DNA of 49,507 nt, filler included, from Trypethelium eluteriae (taxonomy: Eukaryota): NCBI GenBank assembly GCA_051942245.1. It is 2 parts of 2 records of this genome, joined end to end, with 100 filler letters (N's around TTAATTAATTAA, not from the genome) between each part and the next. Parts side by side here need not be neighbours in the genome. Positions count along the whole stretch, not along the records: positions 24,813 to 49,507 come from JAVECL010000395.1; 1 more part is not named here. One strand, written 5' to 3'. The notes below the pieces were generated by a model, which saw nothing but the letters and a program-made list of their open reading frames with translations, had not been told where the DNA came from and ran no database searches. A program made the position numbers and the translations under genes. How positions within the stretch are numbered: position 1 is the first letter of the stretch; each line of letters starts with the position of its first letter. This document shows, piece after piece, positions 24,813 to 36,904 of the stretch.

Positions 24813-26451
24813 TACCTACTCAACCTAGGTATCCTACCCCTTCCAGAAGCCCTAGCCCCACGTCTTTTTTCGTCCTCGATGCAGCAATCGTCTCCGGGAG
24901 CTCGGCGAACCGCAACGTAGGTAACAGCATCGGCACACGCCGGACTCGGCGCGATCGCAGTGGCGTCTCACTCAGATATCGAGACTAGGGACCGGAGAGA
25001 TCATCTGCCTGTCTGCTGCTCCTGCAACAGAACCAAGGATATGTATGTACGTCTACATCAGATATCTACCCCAGAGGCACTTTGTGCACAGAGACGCGAT
25101 GTGTAGCCATAGCAAGGCCGGCAGGTATGTAAGTAGAGCCGCAACGAGTCCGTCGCTGCGTGGCGCTGCGCGATCCTAGAGGTAGGTGGATACGTATTAC
25201 TGTGCTAAAGGAGGGCCTCTAGCTACAGAGGGGAGCTGCGACATCATGGATGCAGGCAGATGCAGCCTCATCTAAGACTTGCGACCGCTCGACGCTGGGG
25301 CATCGCTGCCTGCGCGTTGTTTGGCCACCGGGTGGATGAATCGATGGGCGGGAGGGTACGGTATGGAGCGTTCCTTGTTGAAATGACAGGATACAGCGTC
25401 ACAGCGTTCAGAGGCATTTGCCTACTCCGTAATTGTGCCACCCGGTATATGCATAGAACGCCGAGAGATTGCATATACATTCGGCGACGATCAGATAAGT
25501 TTGATGAAGCGGGCGGGAACTAGTGGCTGGAATGGGTGGGTCGAGGACGGTGTCGCCGATCACGAATGCATGCATAATGCAAGCATGAGCGCCCGTTTTT
25601 GGTCGAACGAAGCGAGGCTGCTGCTTCTGCTGCCGGGCGTGGGTGAAGTAACCGTATCAGGCGAGAGAAAGATTTTCAGGCGGTGAGAACATTCAGAAAC
25701 TTCCCATTGGATTGAATTTGAGGGTTTAGACGCAGGACCTGGCGGTGGTTCCATTATCCCGCGCATTTACATATACGTAGTTGCTAGCGGTGCAGTTCTG
25801 AAGAGATATAATAGAAAGGGAAAAGAGGTTACACATCGGACGCCGCGCCATAGATAGAAGTGAAGCGGGAGTAAGTAAGAACAGTGAACCGAGCATCACA
25901 TTCAACTCTCGCGCCATTTTTGGGGGGGGAACGGAATTTGTCAAGGCGAAGAAATGATGGGGCAGGCAGTGAGATTTCGCAAACTGCGCATTAGAGCGAA
26001 CATTTTCAAGGGTAGCGAATAGAAAGAGCACAGGTGCCGTGAGTTTGTTGCACAGCAGTAGACTTGCTTAAAGACATTCCCACCACCACCGGCGGAAACT
26101 GAGCTAAAGCATGAAGAGAAGCGCCTTATGGTATGAATCTCCGAGAGTAGGACAAGGGGTCAGGGAAAAGGAAAAGAATAAATAGAAGACGACCATATGC
26201 TGATAAGTAGTGACACTCGACTAGAGGATCCGATCAAAGAACTCCTCAGTCAGAGCGTCAAAGTATGCAGCATCGGAAACTGGACTCCTCTCCTCCATCT
26301 AACGGGGCAACTCCTTGCTGAATTGCGGTTCATATTACATTCATCGCTTCCCGCCCTCACCCCGTGACTCTATGCCAGGAAGCGAATTAGATGTTTCAGG
26401 TAATTTTTTTTCTTTTGGATCTTATGATGCTGCGTGTCTGAGGCCGAGCGG

Positions 26452-27798
26452 TTATGCCCATACGCGGAGCTAGAGGCATTGTTAGACGTAATTTAGAAAA
26501 TTTCAACAGATCAAACATACCATTGAATCCCAAGATCCAGTGCAAAGACTCATTGCGTCGTTGCTCACTCCTAGACAGCTTACTCGGTTGTCGTGACCTT
26601 GTAACGTGCCGACACGGTCTCCACGCATTGTATCCCACACCTTTATTTCAGAGTTAGAATCGCGACTGTCTCCATAGCCATCCGATGTAACAAACCTTGC
26701 ATTCAAAGTCATCGTATCCGGCGAAGAGCAGTCTTCCAGAGACTGAGAAGGCCACTGACGTGATCCCACACACTGGTTCACCGATCTGCGGTATTGGTAT
26801 GTCAGTAAAAGGTCTTGTAAGCCACTGATACAGGAGTTATTGCGGAAACAATTCTTCTACGCAAATCAGAATACTAACCGTGTATGATTGCACTTCTCTG
26901 TCAGCACGGACGTCGAAGAGGCGGCATGATGCGTCGTCTGAGCCAGTTCCAAAGGCGTTGCCGCTGGGGAAGTACTGAATGGCATTGATGTCGGAGTCGT
27001 GGGCGGCAAACGTCTGCACGCACTTCTGTTGACGAATGTCCCAAAGTTTAGCAAAGGCATCACAAGCGCCGGAAACGAACTGGTTAGCGTCGAGAGGGTT
27101 GATGCTCAGGCTCATGACATCGCCGAGATGGTCAGCGAACTCGTGCACTTTTGATCCGGTCTCGATATCCCATAGCACACAAGTCATATCACCGGATGAG
27201 GTCAGAATTCTCCGGTCGTTGATAAATCGACAGCAAGATAAGTATCCAGAATGACCAGAAAGCTCACGGGCAACGCGGGTAGGCCCTTCGCGGGCGGAGA
27301 GATTGTAGATGGAGCAGATGTTGTCTAATCCACCGCAAGCGACGTAGTTTCCGCTAGGTGAGTAGGCGCAGGTCATGACCCAAGACGACCGGAGTGGGAT
27401 GGCGTGGACTTTATTTGTGGTGTAGGCATCCCAGATAATGAGCTTTCCGTCTTGTGAGGCAGAGACAAGATGTCTTCGGTCGGTGGACCAGTGCATAGCA
27501 TAAATCTTCGCGAGATGGCCCTTCAAGGTCCGTTTGGTCTTCATGGTTAGCCTTGGCAAAGCTTCGAGCCGTTGTCGCGCGACATCGCGAACTGCAGGCA
27601 AATTGTGAGTACTCCACGGAAAACAGCAGCCATACACGCCAATTGGGACAGTACAGCTCACGAACGCGGTCAAGACTTACGCGAGGTGTCGGCAAGCTCA
27701 TCTTTCTTGCGCTTTATGCGGTCCTTGAGCGCCTCGGCATCCCGGCGAGCAATCTGTATCTTCTGCTGGATAGATTCAGCACTCATGTCCGCAGACAT
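26452..27798 (-). CDS. sfaD: Heterotrimeric G-protein beta subunit (SfaD/Gnb-1/Ste4 orthologue), 352 aa
   Basis: Exons 27798-27681, 27591-26879, 26785-26696, 26640-26521, 26469-26452. N-terminal coiled coil, then [62 protein letters not shown]. Confidence 0.98.
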
Positions 27799-28747
27799 AT
27801 TCGAAATCCAAGCAGTGGGTAGCTGGATAGCTACAGGAGGTGCGTGTAGGTGTGGTAGGCAGCAGTGGGATGACGAGGTAAGGTTGTTCTGGATTAGGGG
27901 CGAAACGAACGTGGAGCGACCGGGCTGCAAGGGCGAGGGCCGGTGGCTGGGTCTCCCCCAGAGTCAGGACTGAGGCAGATGGGAGGTGTCTGGCGTTGCG
28001 CAGCCGGCGTGTGAGCTCGGATGGGGAGGTACCAGATGATGATGGAGGATATGGGTGGAGTGGAGAAGGCGCACGTCAGAAGGGTTTCAGTGCAGGCTGA
28101 GATAGGCCGAGCCCAGCGTCGAGAAGGAAGCGGAGCGGGCTGCTCGAGTGGCAGAGAGGGAGCTCCTCAGCCAACCCAAAGCGCGCTAGTTCCACCACTT
28201 AATCTTACCAAATCGAGCTCAGTCATTAGAGCGGAGGGGCCGTTGCTCCAATGATAGCCCGGTCTTCACGCGCCGCCCGCTGGGAGTGTCTTGCGGGTCC
28301 GGCAGCTGTCTGGGCGAGCGACTTGTGCAGTGGGCAGCAGGCAGTGGGCAGCGATGTAGTGGTGATGTGGATGTTTTGACGGTGGGCGGCGGATGGGGTG
28401 ATCAGCGATGCGTGGTGGAGGCAGTTGAATGCAGGCCTTGAGAGGTGCTGGACCGCTGCCACAAATTATGTATTGCCCGGATGCTCGATGCGCAAGCTGC
28501 GGAACGACGCCTGAAGTGGCAGAAGGCGGGACGGTGCGAGCGAGAACAAACGGACTAACTATGAGAATTCGAACACTCCCACACTCCGTACCTTAGTGAA
28601 CCCCAGTTAATCTACCGCTGCGAGGGACGCTTCCGAAGCTAGAGCAGGGGCACTTGCAAACGGCTGGGAAGCTGGGAAGCTGGGATACAACACGTCCGTC
28701 TTCGCAATTCCACCCCCGGCACCTCCAGTTGGTATCCCTCCCAAATC

Positions 28748-30471
28748 ATGAGCAAAGCCAGGACTGTCGATCTTGCATTCACTCGAGCGCTACCCAAGAT
28801 CGAGGTAACTACTGCCTCACCTTCCCTACCCCCCTAATAATTGCTGCCCACCTGCAGTAACAAACACCCATGTCACATGAGCCTCCAACCCATGCAACCT
28901 GCTGATCACTTTGTCCTTCTATCGAGCAGCTCCACGCTCATCTTACCGGTAGCATCAGTCGAGAATGCCTACATGCCATCTGGCTGCAGCGCATCCAGGC
29001 CGAACCGGATTTCCCACTTCAAGACCCGTTGACGGCAATGCCAGCCGGGAAGGTGAACTATGATTTGACTACGTAGGTCTGCCTCGACCCTGTTTCTGTC
29101 AACTCCCAAGTCCGCATCACATTACAAATGTCTTGAGTCATGTCAAATTCATTCCCAGGTGCTCAGGTCTGTGGCACTGGTTACATACATAACTGCATGA
29201 CTCGCTGTGTCGCGCAGACACAGCTTATGCCAGATGGGTAGCCGCAGCCTCCGTCTGTCAGACCTTCCAGAAACCTTCCCAATAGAGTTCAGGGTCTGCT
29301 TACAGCTTGATTCATTGAAGAATGTCATTGTCCCACAAGCTCCCGTAAATTATCATGGGGCATTTCTATTTCTGTTCAATTCTCCGAAATTTTCAACTCG
29401 CCCTTCGACGATTCTAAGCCTCTATGATTTGGCAGCTTCTTCCCCCTGTTCTCGTCATACATTTATCGATTATGTAGCGACGTGGTAAGCATACAGTAAG
29501 ATCTCCTTGAGGTACCATTCCATCTCAATCACACTCATGATGCTCATCACGTCAGATACGCTACCAAGTCCGTGCTGTGCGACTTTGAAGCCGACAATGT
29601 CGTATATTTGGAATTACGTTCTACTCCCCGCGCGGTTCCGACTGCTTTGCCCCCCATCACCAAAACCGACTACGTGGACGCTATCCTTGCAACCATCAAG
29701 GCCCATAACGGTGGCCCAGGCCCTTTGCATACAACGCTAATCCTCTCCATTGACCGCCGCAGCACTCTTGAGGATGCGCTCGACACTGTTGATATAGCGA
29801 TCGCGAGGCGAGCTCAGGGCGTTGTTGGCATTGATCTCTGCGGTGACCCAAGCAAAGGCACCGTCTCAGATCTCCGACCTGCATTTACTAAGGCTCATAC
29901 AGCTGGCCTCGGAGTCTGCGTACATTTTGGGGAAATCCCCAGCGCGGATGCCTCGGAGCTAGAGGAGATGCTATCGTGGCAACCCCACCGCATTGGACAT
30001 GCCATCTATATGCCCGGGGAGATTAAAGACGAGGTGAGACGGCGAGCATTGGGGGTGGAACTGTGTCTGAGCTGTAACGTCCACGCGAAAATGTTGCCGA
30101 AGGGCGGTGGCCTGGAAGAGCATCACTTTGGTGAGTGGTGCAAGGACGGTCGGGGTGCAGTAGTAGCGCTGTGCGTAGGTACTAACCTTCACTTTGGGTA
30201 TCGTCGGGAACATGATTCTAATTCCAACTCTCACTCAAAAGAGAGTGGAGTCTGTTGTGAAAGGGCTGGCTAATAATCTTTTTAGACTGATGATGTCGGC
30301 GTGTTTTGCAGTCCACTTTCTCAGGAATATTACCTTGCGGCGAAGCACTTCAAGTTGGAACAGGGAGACATTCAGAGATTGTGTGAAGATATGGTGGGAA
30401 TTGTATTTGCGGAGGAGGCGGAGAAGGACAGACTAAGGGATCTATATCTTCAATGGTTTCATCAAATCTAA
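28748..30471 (+). CDS. Adenosine deaminase-like protein (ADAL/MAPDA subfamily), 354 aa
   Basis: Exons 28748-28804, 28930-29072, 29436-29495, 29556-30174, 30286-30471. LPKIELHAHLTGS, YLELRSTPR, VVGIDLCGDP, HFGE, RIGHA, ELCLSCN, CTDDVGVF. Confidence 0.93.
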
Positions 30472-31065
30472 GGTGACGCTGAAGATGACGGATACTTTCG
30501 TAGAGAAGTTAATCTTCGACTCTGGACACAGAAGGTAGAATGACATCCAAGTATCAAGACCTTGATGCTCAGGCAAAAGCCAAACTCAAGTATCCTATGT
30601 TTCGAATATGGAGTGAAGTTGCACCAACAAACATGAACATCCTGGTGGTGTAACGATTTCTACCACAACCTAAAGACAAATCTCCAGGACAGATCTCGCG
30701 TTCGCAATCCAAGCCCAGTCAAATGGAGTCATGTCTGCCATAGGCAAACTTCCATTGGTGTCGTGTCCACAGGAAGAGCAAATTGCATCTCATGCGGCTA
30801 TGAACAAGATAGGGTAGATGCCCCAAGGATCTTAGATCCCTTCACCGCTGTGACCGCCGAACGGGAAAGCCAAGGCAGAATCGCAGACAACACGAGCTTC
30901 CTCTTGTCGAAGAATTCAATATGCACATTTCCACACTACCTTAAAGGCATTTTGTGTCATTTTGCTGTTCTACTCCATGTTCTTGAATAGACGTCTCGTA
31001 TTCTTGAAGATTCTCTGGCATAAATTCCGGCCCTTAGGAACTACCGTCACAATACTTCTGTCTAC

Positions 31066-31584
31066 ATGTTTGCTCTTCTAGCCTCGACCTTGTTGGCTGC
31101 CTACCTCATTACCGGCACATCAGCGAGAGATGATCCGAATTACAATGGTGCTTTTCTCATCAGTAATGCGTCTCCGTAGATATCAAACCAGCTAACGGTC
31201 ATGGTACTCAGATCCGGCGTATGCCCCACCCCCCTCTGTAGGTCACGAAATTGGCATTATGTTTGGCTTCGTTGGTATACGCCCACATTCCTCCTCCTTC
31301 TCCAATGATCCTCTATGCCTTTCGTTTCCCCCGTTTTACTTCCGAATCCGAATCCTCGCTCCTTCTCCACAGAAATCAAACTAACCTCCTTCCCTTTCAT
31401 ATGTATAGGCGCTATGCTCCTCAGTATGGTTCTCTATACGCTCGTCTGGCAGGTTGGAAATAAGCGCAGCGCGCAGCGGGAAGCCACTCGAGTACAGGAG
31501 TTGCGGAAAGCGGGATATCTAGAGTCAAAGGGACAAAGAGGAGGCTGGGAAGAGAAGGATGAGGGAATGGAGACTAGGGAGTGA
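31066..31584 (+). CDS. Small uncharacterised single-pass membrane protein (about 106-111 aa)
   Basis: Exons 31066-31162 (alternative donor after 31147, same phase), 31212-31274, 31409-31584; both introns have a CTAAC branch point and YAG acceptor. Spliced product has a signal-like N-terminus, one hydrophobic helix (IGIMFGFVGAMLLSMVLYTLVW) and a charged tail. Confidence 0.7.
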
Positions 31585-32623
31585 ACATGGAGTGGAGGGA
31601 GATCTCTGTGAGGCGATCGAGTAGGGCGGTTCTCGAGGGAGTTTGGTGTCGAATTTTTTATCTGATGCAAATATTGGGGGCTTCCCGGTTGGTTAGGGAA
31701 CGGGGATCAGGCCTCCTTGGATTGTGAACGACTTTGAGCTCGGGATTTGGAAGAAGGAGTTCGGAGTCACATGGAGAGCCTGCGGAGCCTGGCAGGAGTT
31801 CCGTTTAGCCTCTCATGGATCGAGAGCAGAAGACATGTCATTTACGGTGAGGTACGCTGCGTAGAAGACACTCTTCATTGCTGAAGATGTTGGCGCGGTC
31901 TTGGGGAAGCTTTCATTATCGAAAGCTTGATTTGAAGACATCTCACGAAGCACGATAGAACAATGCGACTAGGCTGTTGCAAATTCTCTCATAGAAGTCG
32001 GTGGAGAGAACATTTCATAGAGGAACATCGCGAAGAAAGAAGTGATGCCTGGAGGCTGTCAAGTTCGCAGCGATATTGCTAAAAGCTCATTCCTTCTTCA
32101 TCAAAATTGTTGCCCCTGCTCCAAGTCGTCTCACCATCTTTCTTGGCTCGAAATTCAACAAAGTCTAATACGGATAATTTAGCTCAAGCTGAGGAGAAAC
32201 ATTAGCCTCTGTCAAGCTGCTCTTAGCAGCTCGAAATTGGCAAGAACACGTAAGCAGTCTAGGGGGTGGGAAGAGGCTCGTGGAGCGAGATTTCTGATAA
32301 TATTAAGACAAAATACCACATATTTAACTTATACAATAGGACGAAATCTAAAAGCTCATGCCGCGGCATCTGGATCTGGTATCATTCGCTCCCTGACTGC
32401 AGGCAGGCTCAGCCTATAGCCTGAATTCCCCAATCTATTTTGCAGTATCCCAACAAACAACAAATCGCTTCACCAAAACAAAGACCACAACCCACCAGGT
32501 CCCTCCTTTTGAGATTCCGTGGACTACGCCGGCACCGACATTAACCCCCAAACCAGTAGTTATACAGTCATCACCAAAGCCATGCCGATCAACCCTGTAC
32601 AAAAGAAAAGAAAGATGACGGAC

Positions 32624-33703
32624 TCAGAGGATTTGATGTCTGTATCATCAATGTCGTTAGTTACCATTCACTTCGACTAATATGAACGGAGTAGTTTGCA
32701 GCACTCACCTCTTCATCGCCGCCTCCAAACTGCGCACATCCAGCTCCTCCTCCTCGGGAATCTCCTCAATAACCGGCACCAAGCCAGCAAACTTCTCGCC
32801 ACCCCTGTACGCCAGAAGCGCCGGCACGCCCGCCCTCTCCATCTCCGCATCCTCCCATCCCAACTTCACAAACCGCGTCGTCGCATGCGCCGCCGCCAGC
32901 ATCCGCACACACCCCTCCACCAACCGACTGACCTCGCTCTCCTCGTCCGCAATCAGCACCACCACCACCGTGTCCGACATGACGCGGTCGATGGCGTCGA
33001 GGTAGCCCGCGCCGTCCACTTCCGTCAGGCTACCCCACACCCGCTTGCTCCGCGACTTAGAGCGGTCCTGGCGTGGCGGTGGCGCCTTGCTGCGGTCCTG
33101 CAGCTGCTTGAGCCGCGACTGGCGCCAGCGCGTGAGGAAGCCCTCTTCGTCTGGCATGCCGTCCGAATCGTCGCCGCTGCTGGAGGCGTGGACCTTTTCG
33201 TTGTTGTTGCCGATGCGGTTGGCGTCGGCGGAGCGGTTGCGGCGGGTGGTTGGGGCGGGTGGAGAGCGGGATTTGGAGTCTGAGGGGTTGCGGAAGAAAG
33301 AGAAGCGCTTGTAGTGGGATTTTTTGGCGGTTTCGTAGGACTGGGCGTCGGCGATGACGCCCTTTGGGCCGGTGTTGGCTTCGGAGAATAGAGGGGGGAG
33401 GGTGTAGGTTGCCGTTGCGGTGGCAGCCATTTTGTTGTTGCGGATATTTATGCTGGCCGGATCGTGCTTTTCCGTGCTGTCGAAAAAGTCGTCTTCGTCT
33501 GAGAGGTCGGGATCTCGCCGATTTTGGTTCTGATGCCAGGCGGTAGTGCTCGAGATATGTCTGCCTCGACTGCGCTCTGCTCTCCTTTGCTCGAGTGAAT
33601 CGTCAGAATCGGGGGAATTGCCACGGTCTTCTGGATGAGCAGATGATCGGTCCTTGTCTGCAAAGAGAGCGTCGAATTCGTCTTGGGCGGCGGTGGTAGA
33701 CAT
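32624..33703 (-). CDS. phnA: Phosducin-like protein PhLP1 (PhnA/Bdm-1), 336 aa
   Basis: Exons 33703-32709 and 32639-32624. G-beta-binding motif NTGPKGVIADA, WRQSRLKQL helix, thioredoxin-like C-terminal domain (YLDAID, RFVKL, VPALLAYRGGE). Confidence 0.93.
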
Positions 33704-34866
33704 ACCGGGGGATGGCGGTATAAAGGCTTATGAGTAGAGGGTGTTTTGGCTAAGCTCCTGTGCTTGGTTGGCCTGTCAATGCAGATGGTAGGATGTGGCC
33801 CGCGTGGCAGCGCCCCCGGTCTGTTTCGTGTCAGCCCTTCGCAGGCTGATTGCCAAACGGCCCCAGAGATAGCACGGTCAATGAGGGTTGTGCACGGCTG
33901 CCGCGCCGAGAGCCACAAGTCTTATGCAAGCCAGAGGGATGTGATGACAGGTTGTTTGCTTCAGAAAGTTCGATCTGGCCTAGCCGGAGACGAGGACTGG
34001 GCGCTGGCCGGGCCCGCAGCACCGGTAATGGAGGCGGCAACTTGTTGTTTGCTGGATTCGAGTGGGAGTTTTGAGGGAATTTTGGTGCATGAGCAAAAGG
34101 AATCAGTGCAATGGTGAGTTCTTGTCACGCGTCGCTTCTAAACCTGGAACATGAGGGGGCGCTAGTCCAAACACCACGTGGAAGACCCCTGTTCCATCTG
34201 TCGGACCATCATCCGCTCTGATCTTCTGCTGCCTCCTTATTCGTGTTCACTGGAACCTCCCCATGCCTAGGACCGCACAAGAGGCGTTTACCTCTGCCTG
34301 GTGAAGCTCTTACGTCGCCTTCGAGTACTCGGCATATAAGTGTCTATATTGTCACAGCACATTCGGTCAAGTCCGGTGTCTCGACTGGCTTGTCAAGAAC
34401 GTAATCATCGGTGCCGTGTGGGCAACAGGCAAAAGGATCGAGACGAGTCAAGGCCCGCAGCTCCAGCTTGTTGGCAGCCAACTCATCGAATGTGCGGTGT
34501 GAGTGCCCAGCTTAACGTCTGCCTTCATGGAGGTACTGTACCGTGGGCCCAACTTAGATACGATGGGTGTAGGCTTGCCCGTTTGTACCCTAACCTCGGT
34601 AATCGTCATTTCACCCTTGTGCTCATTCTTCTATTGCACGGACCGATGTATTAGGCCTCCTGAAACAATCAAACCCTTGCATCTGAGAGAGGGCTCGCTT
34701 CGAGAACAATCAAGGAAGCGTTGCGTAGAATATGGCGCGGCTTTCGTCTGATCAATGACACCATCCTACAGGCTGCAAACCCTAAGCTGATGTGCCGTCA
34801 TCCTTGAATCAGATCGTGTTACGGGACGACGCGAATCCTTCTTCACCTTCGGTTTAGGGGAGAAGG

Positions 34867-36025
34867 ATGAGTGCCAAGTTGGACAAGAACGTAATGTGGC
34901 TCCCACGTGCCAACATGTGTTTGAAAAGGCTAATTTAGCACTTTGGGGATTCTAGAGCTCCTCGACGGGTACCCCTCCCATAGTTTCACTCATCGCAGGA
35001 GGCGTAGCAGGCGGCGTTGAGGCTGCTGCAACTGTAAGCGTTCAATCTCATGCTGCACCATGCGCACAGGTTCTACCTTATGAATCTCTTCCTGCATAAG
35101 TTACCTAGCTTTTCGTGTTCCCTTAAAGTCCACCACCCATCCATCCAAACGCAAGCCTCTCATCTCCCGATCCCGCGTAAGACCTTCTAACTAAAACTTT
35201 CCCCCTCCACAACAGTACCCCTTCGAATTCGCCAAAACTCGTGCCCAACTGCGACAGGAGCGCGGCAATCCAACCTCGCGCAACCCCTTTCTTGTCGTCG
35301 CCCAGACTTTCCGCCGTGAAGGCCTGCCCGCCCTCTACAAAGGCTGCAGCAGTCTTATTGTCGGTTCCATCGCCAAGGACGCTGTCCGTTTCCTCTCCTT
35401 CGACACCGTCAAGCATGCCTTCGCTGACCCAGAAACGGGGACCCTTTCCCCTTTGCGGAACCTCCTCGCGGGGATGACTGCCGGCGTGATCGCCTCCGTT
35501 ACCGCTGTAACGCCAACGGAGCGGATCAAGACAGCGCTTATTGACGACGCCCGGACCGAGAGGAGATTTCGCGGGCCAGGGCATGCAGTGGCTGTCATAT
35601 GGAAGGAGCACGGGATTGGGGGCATCTATCGTGGGTTTGCTGGCACGACACTGAAGCAGGCGGGCGCAACGGCGTTTCGTATGGGCACGTACAATATCCT
35701 CAAGGACTACGAGAAGAGGCACAATATTCCGCAGGAGGGAGCGGCGACGAATTTTGCGAATGGTGCGGTAGCTGGAACGGTGACGACGTTGGCGACGCAG
35801 CCATTTGATACAATCAAGACGCGGAGTCAGTCGGCGAGGGGTGAGGGGGTGGTGGAGGCGTGTAAGGGGATTTGGGAGGACGGTGGAATAAGAGCATTCT
35901 GGAGGGGAACTGTAATGAGGCTGGGGAGAACCGTGATGGCGGGAGGGATCTTATTTACGACGTATGAGCAGGTGGCGAGGTTGGTGAGGCCCGTATTGAG
36001 TCCGATCTTGGACAAGGGAGACTAA
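34867..36025 (+). CDS. Mitochondrial carrier, citrate/tricarboxylate transporter-like (303 aa)
   Basis: Exons 34867-34890, 34956-35033, 35216-36025. Three carrier signatures PFEFAKTR, PTERIKTA and PFDTIKTR; KDAVRF, KQ..TAFRM and RLGR match the Ctp1 subfamily. Confidence 0.9.
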
Positions 36026-36508
36026 GAACGAAATACCACACACCAGAAAATACTCTAGGCAAAATCGGCAGCAATTATCTTACGACTCAGTTCTTGCATA
36101 CCAGAGTCTCAAGAGGCTAGAAAGATATAGGGGACCGCTCTGGATCTATGGCAGAAAAGAGGATAGTGCGTTTCAAAAATCTTTAGACATAGAGGTAGTC
36201 CTAATAGCAGATAGTCAAATGAGCATCAGTGCAGTCTCATGCCCTCTCAAACCAAGATTTAAAATGAGACATAAGGAAAGATTGCAATTTCATGAAAAAT
36301 GCCTAATCATTGCGCTGCTATCGCCACAAACGCCACGAAGAACTCTGCAACTAGCCGTCGCACTTCAGCGGCTGTTTACTAACGGAGACAATAGTCTGAA
36401 CAGGCAAGATGAGCCAGCTCGCAGTAGGCTTTGTTAATGTAAGCAACAGGCGACACACAACGCAAAGCCAGTTTCAAAAAAAAAGGGGAGGAGGTATCGT
36501 CACTGGAT

Positions 36509-36527
36509 CCTACCTTACCTTACCTTA
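36509..36527 (+). repeat. Short (CCTTA)n tandem repeat next to the fold-back element
   Basis: cctaccttaccttacctta read directly. Confidence 0.6.
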
Positions 36528-36698
36528 CGGCTGCTGGGGGGTTCCTCAACAGGTAATCAATACAATGTTACCTCAGTTCAACTGTTATGACCATGTTGGC
36601 CCATGTTAAGGCGGTGTTAACATGGACCAACAAGGTTTTAACAGTAAAGTCCAAATAACATTGTATTGATTACCTGTTGAGGAACCCCCCAGCCGCCG
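36528..36698. mobile_element. MITE-like fold-back element with TA target-site duplication
   Basis: Arms 36523-36570 and 36656-36703 are reverse complements at 47 of 48 nt; inner arms match at 25 of 29 nt around a 7-nt loop. TA at 36526-27 and 36699-700. No credible coding capacity. Confidence 0.75.
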
Positions 36699-36904
36699 TA
36701 AGGCACCTAGCTAGTAGACCCGCACTGACCAACCTAGGCAGAAAGGCGGATTCTGTCATGTCTAGCAGGGCAGGCACTCAAGCTGTACCTAGGCAACCAC
36801 GCGCTCTGGCGCGCGACACCGACAGACATGACAGCAAAAGGGCAACTTACCTTCCAGGCCCCGTCCTGCAATCGATTGCGGTCTCTTTTCCGTTCTGAAA
36901 CGTC

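Noticed and set aside
24813..26400. Short ORFs between the gap and the G-beta 3' end
   Set aside because: No motifs, codon bias or coherent splice model; probably intergenic DNA and 3' UTR.
29073..29435. TPP riboswitch or C/D snoRNA in the long ADAL intron
   Set aside because: No TPP aptamer core (CTGAGA..CTGAT) and no paired RTGATGA/CTGA boxes found.
35123..35722. 199-aa minus-strand ORF
   Set aside because: Antisense shadow of the mitochondrial carrier.
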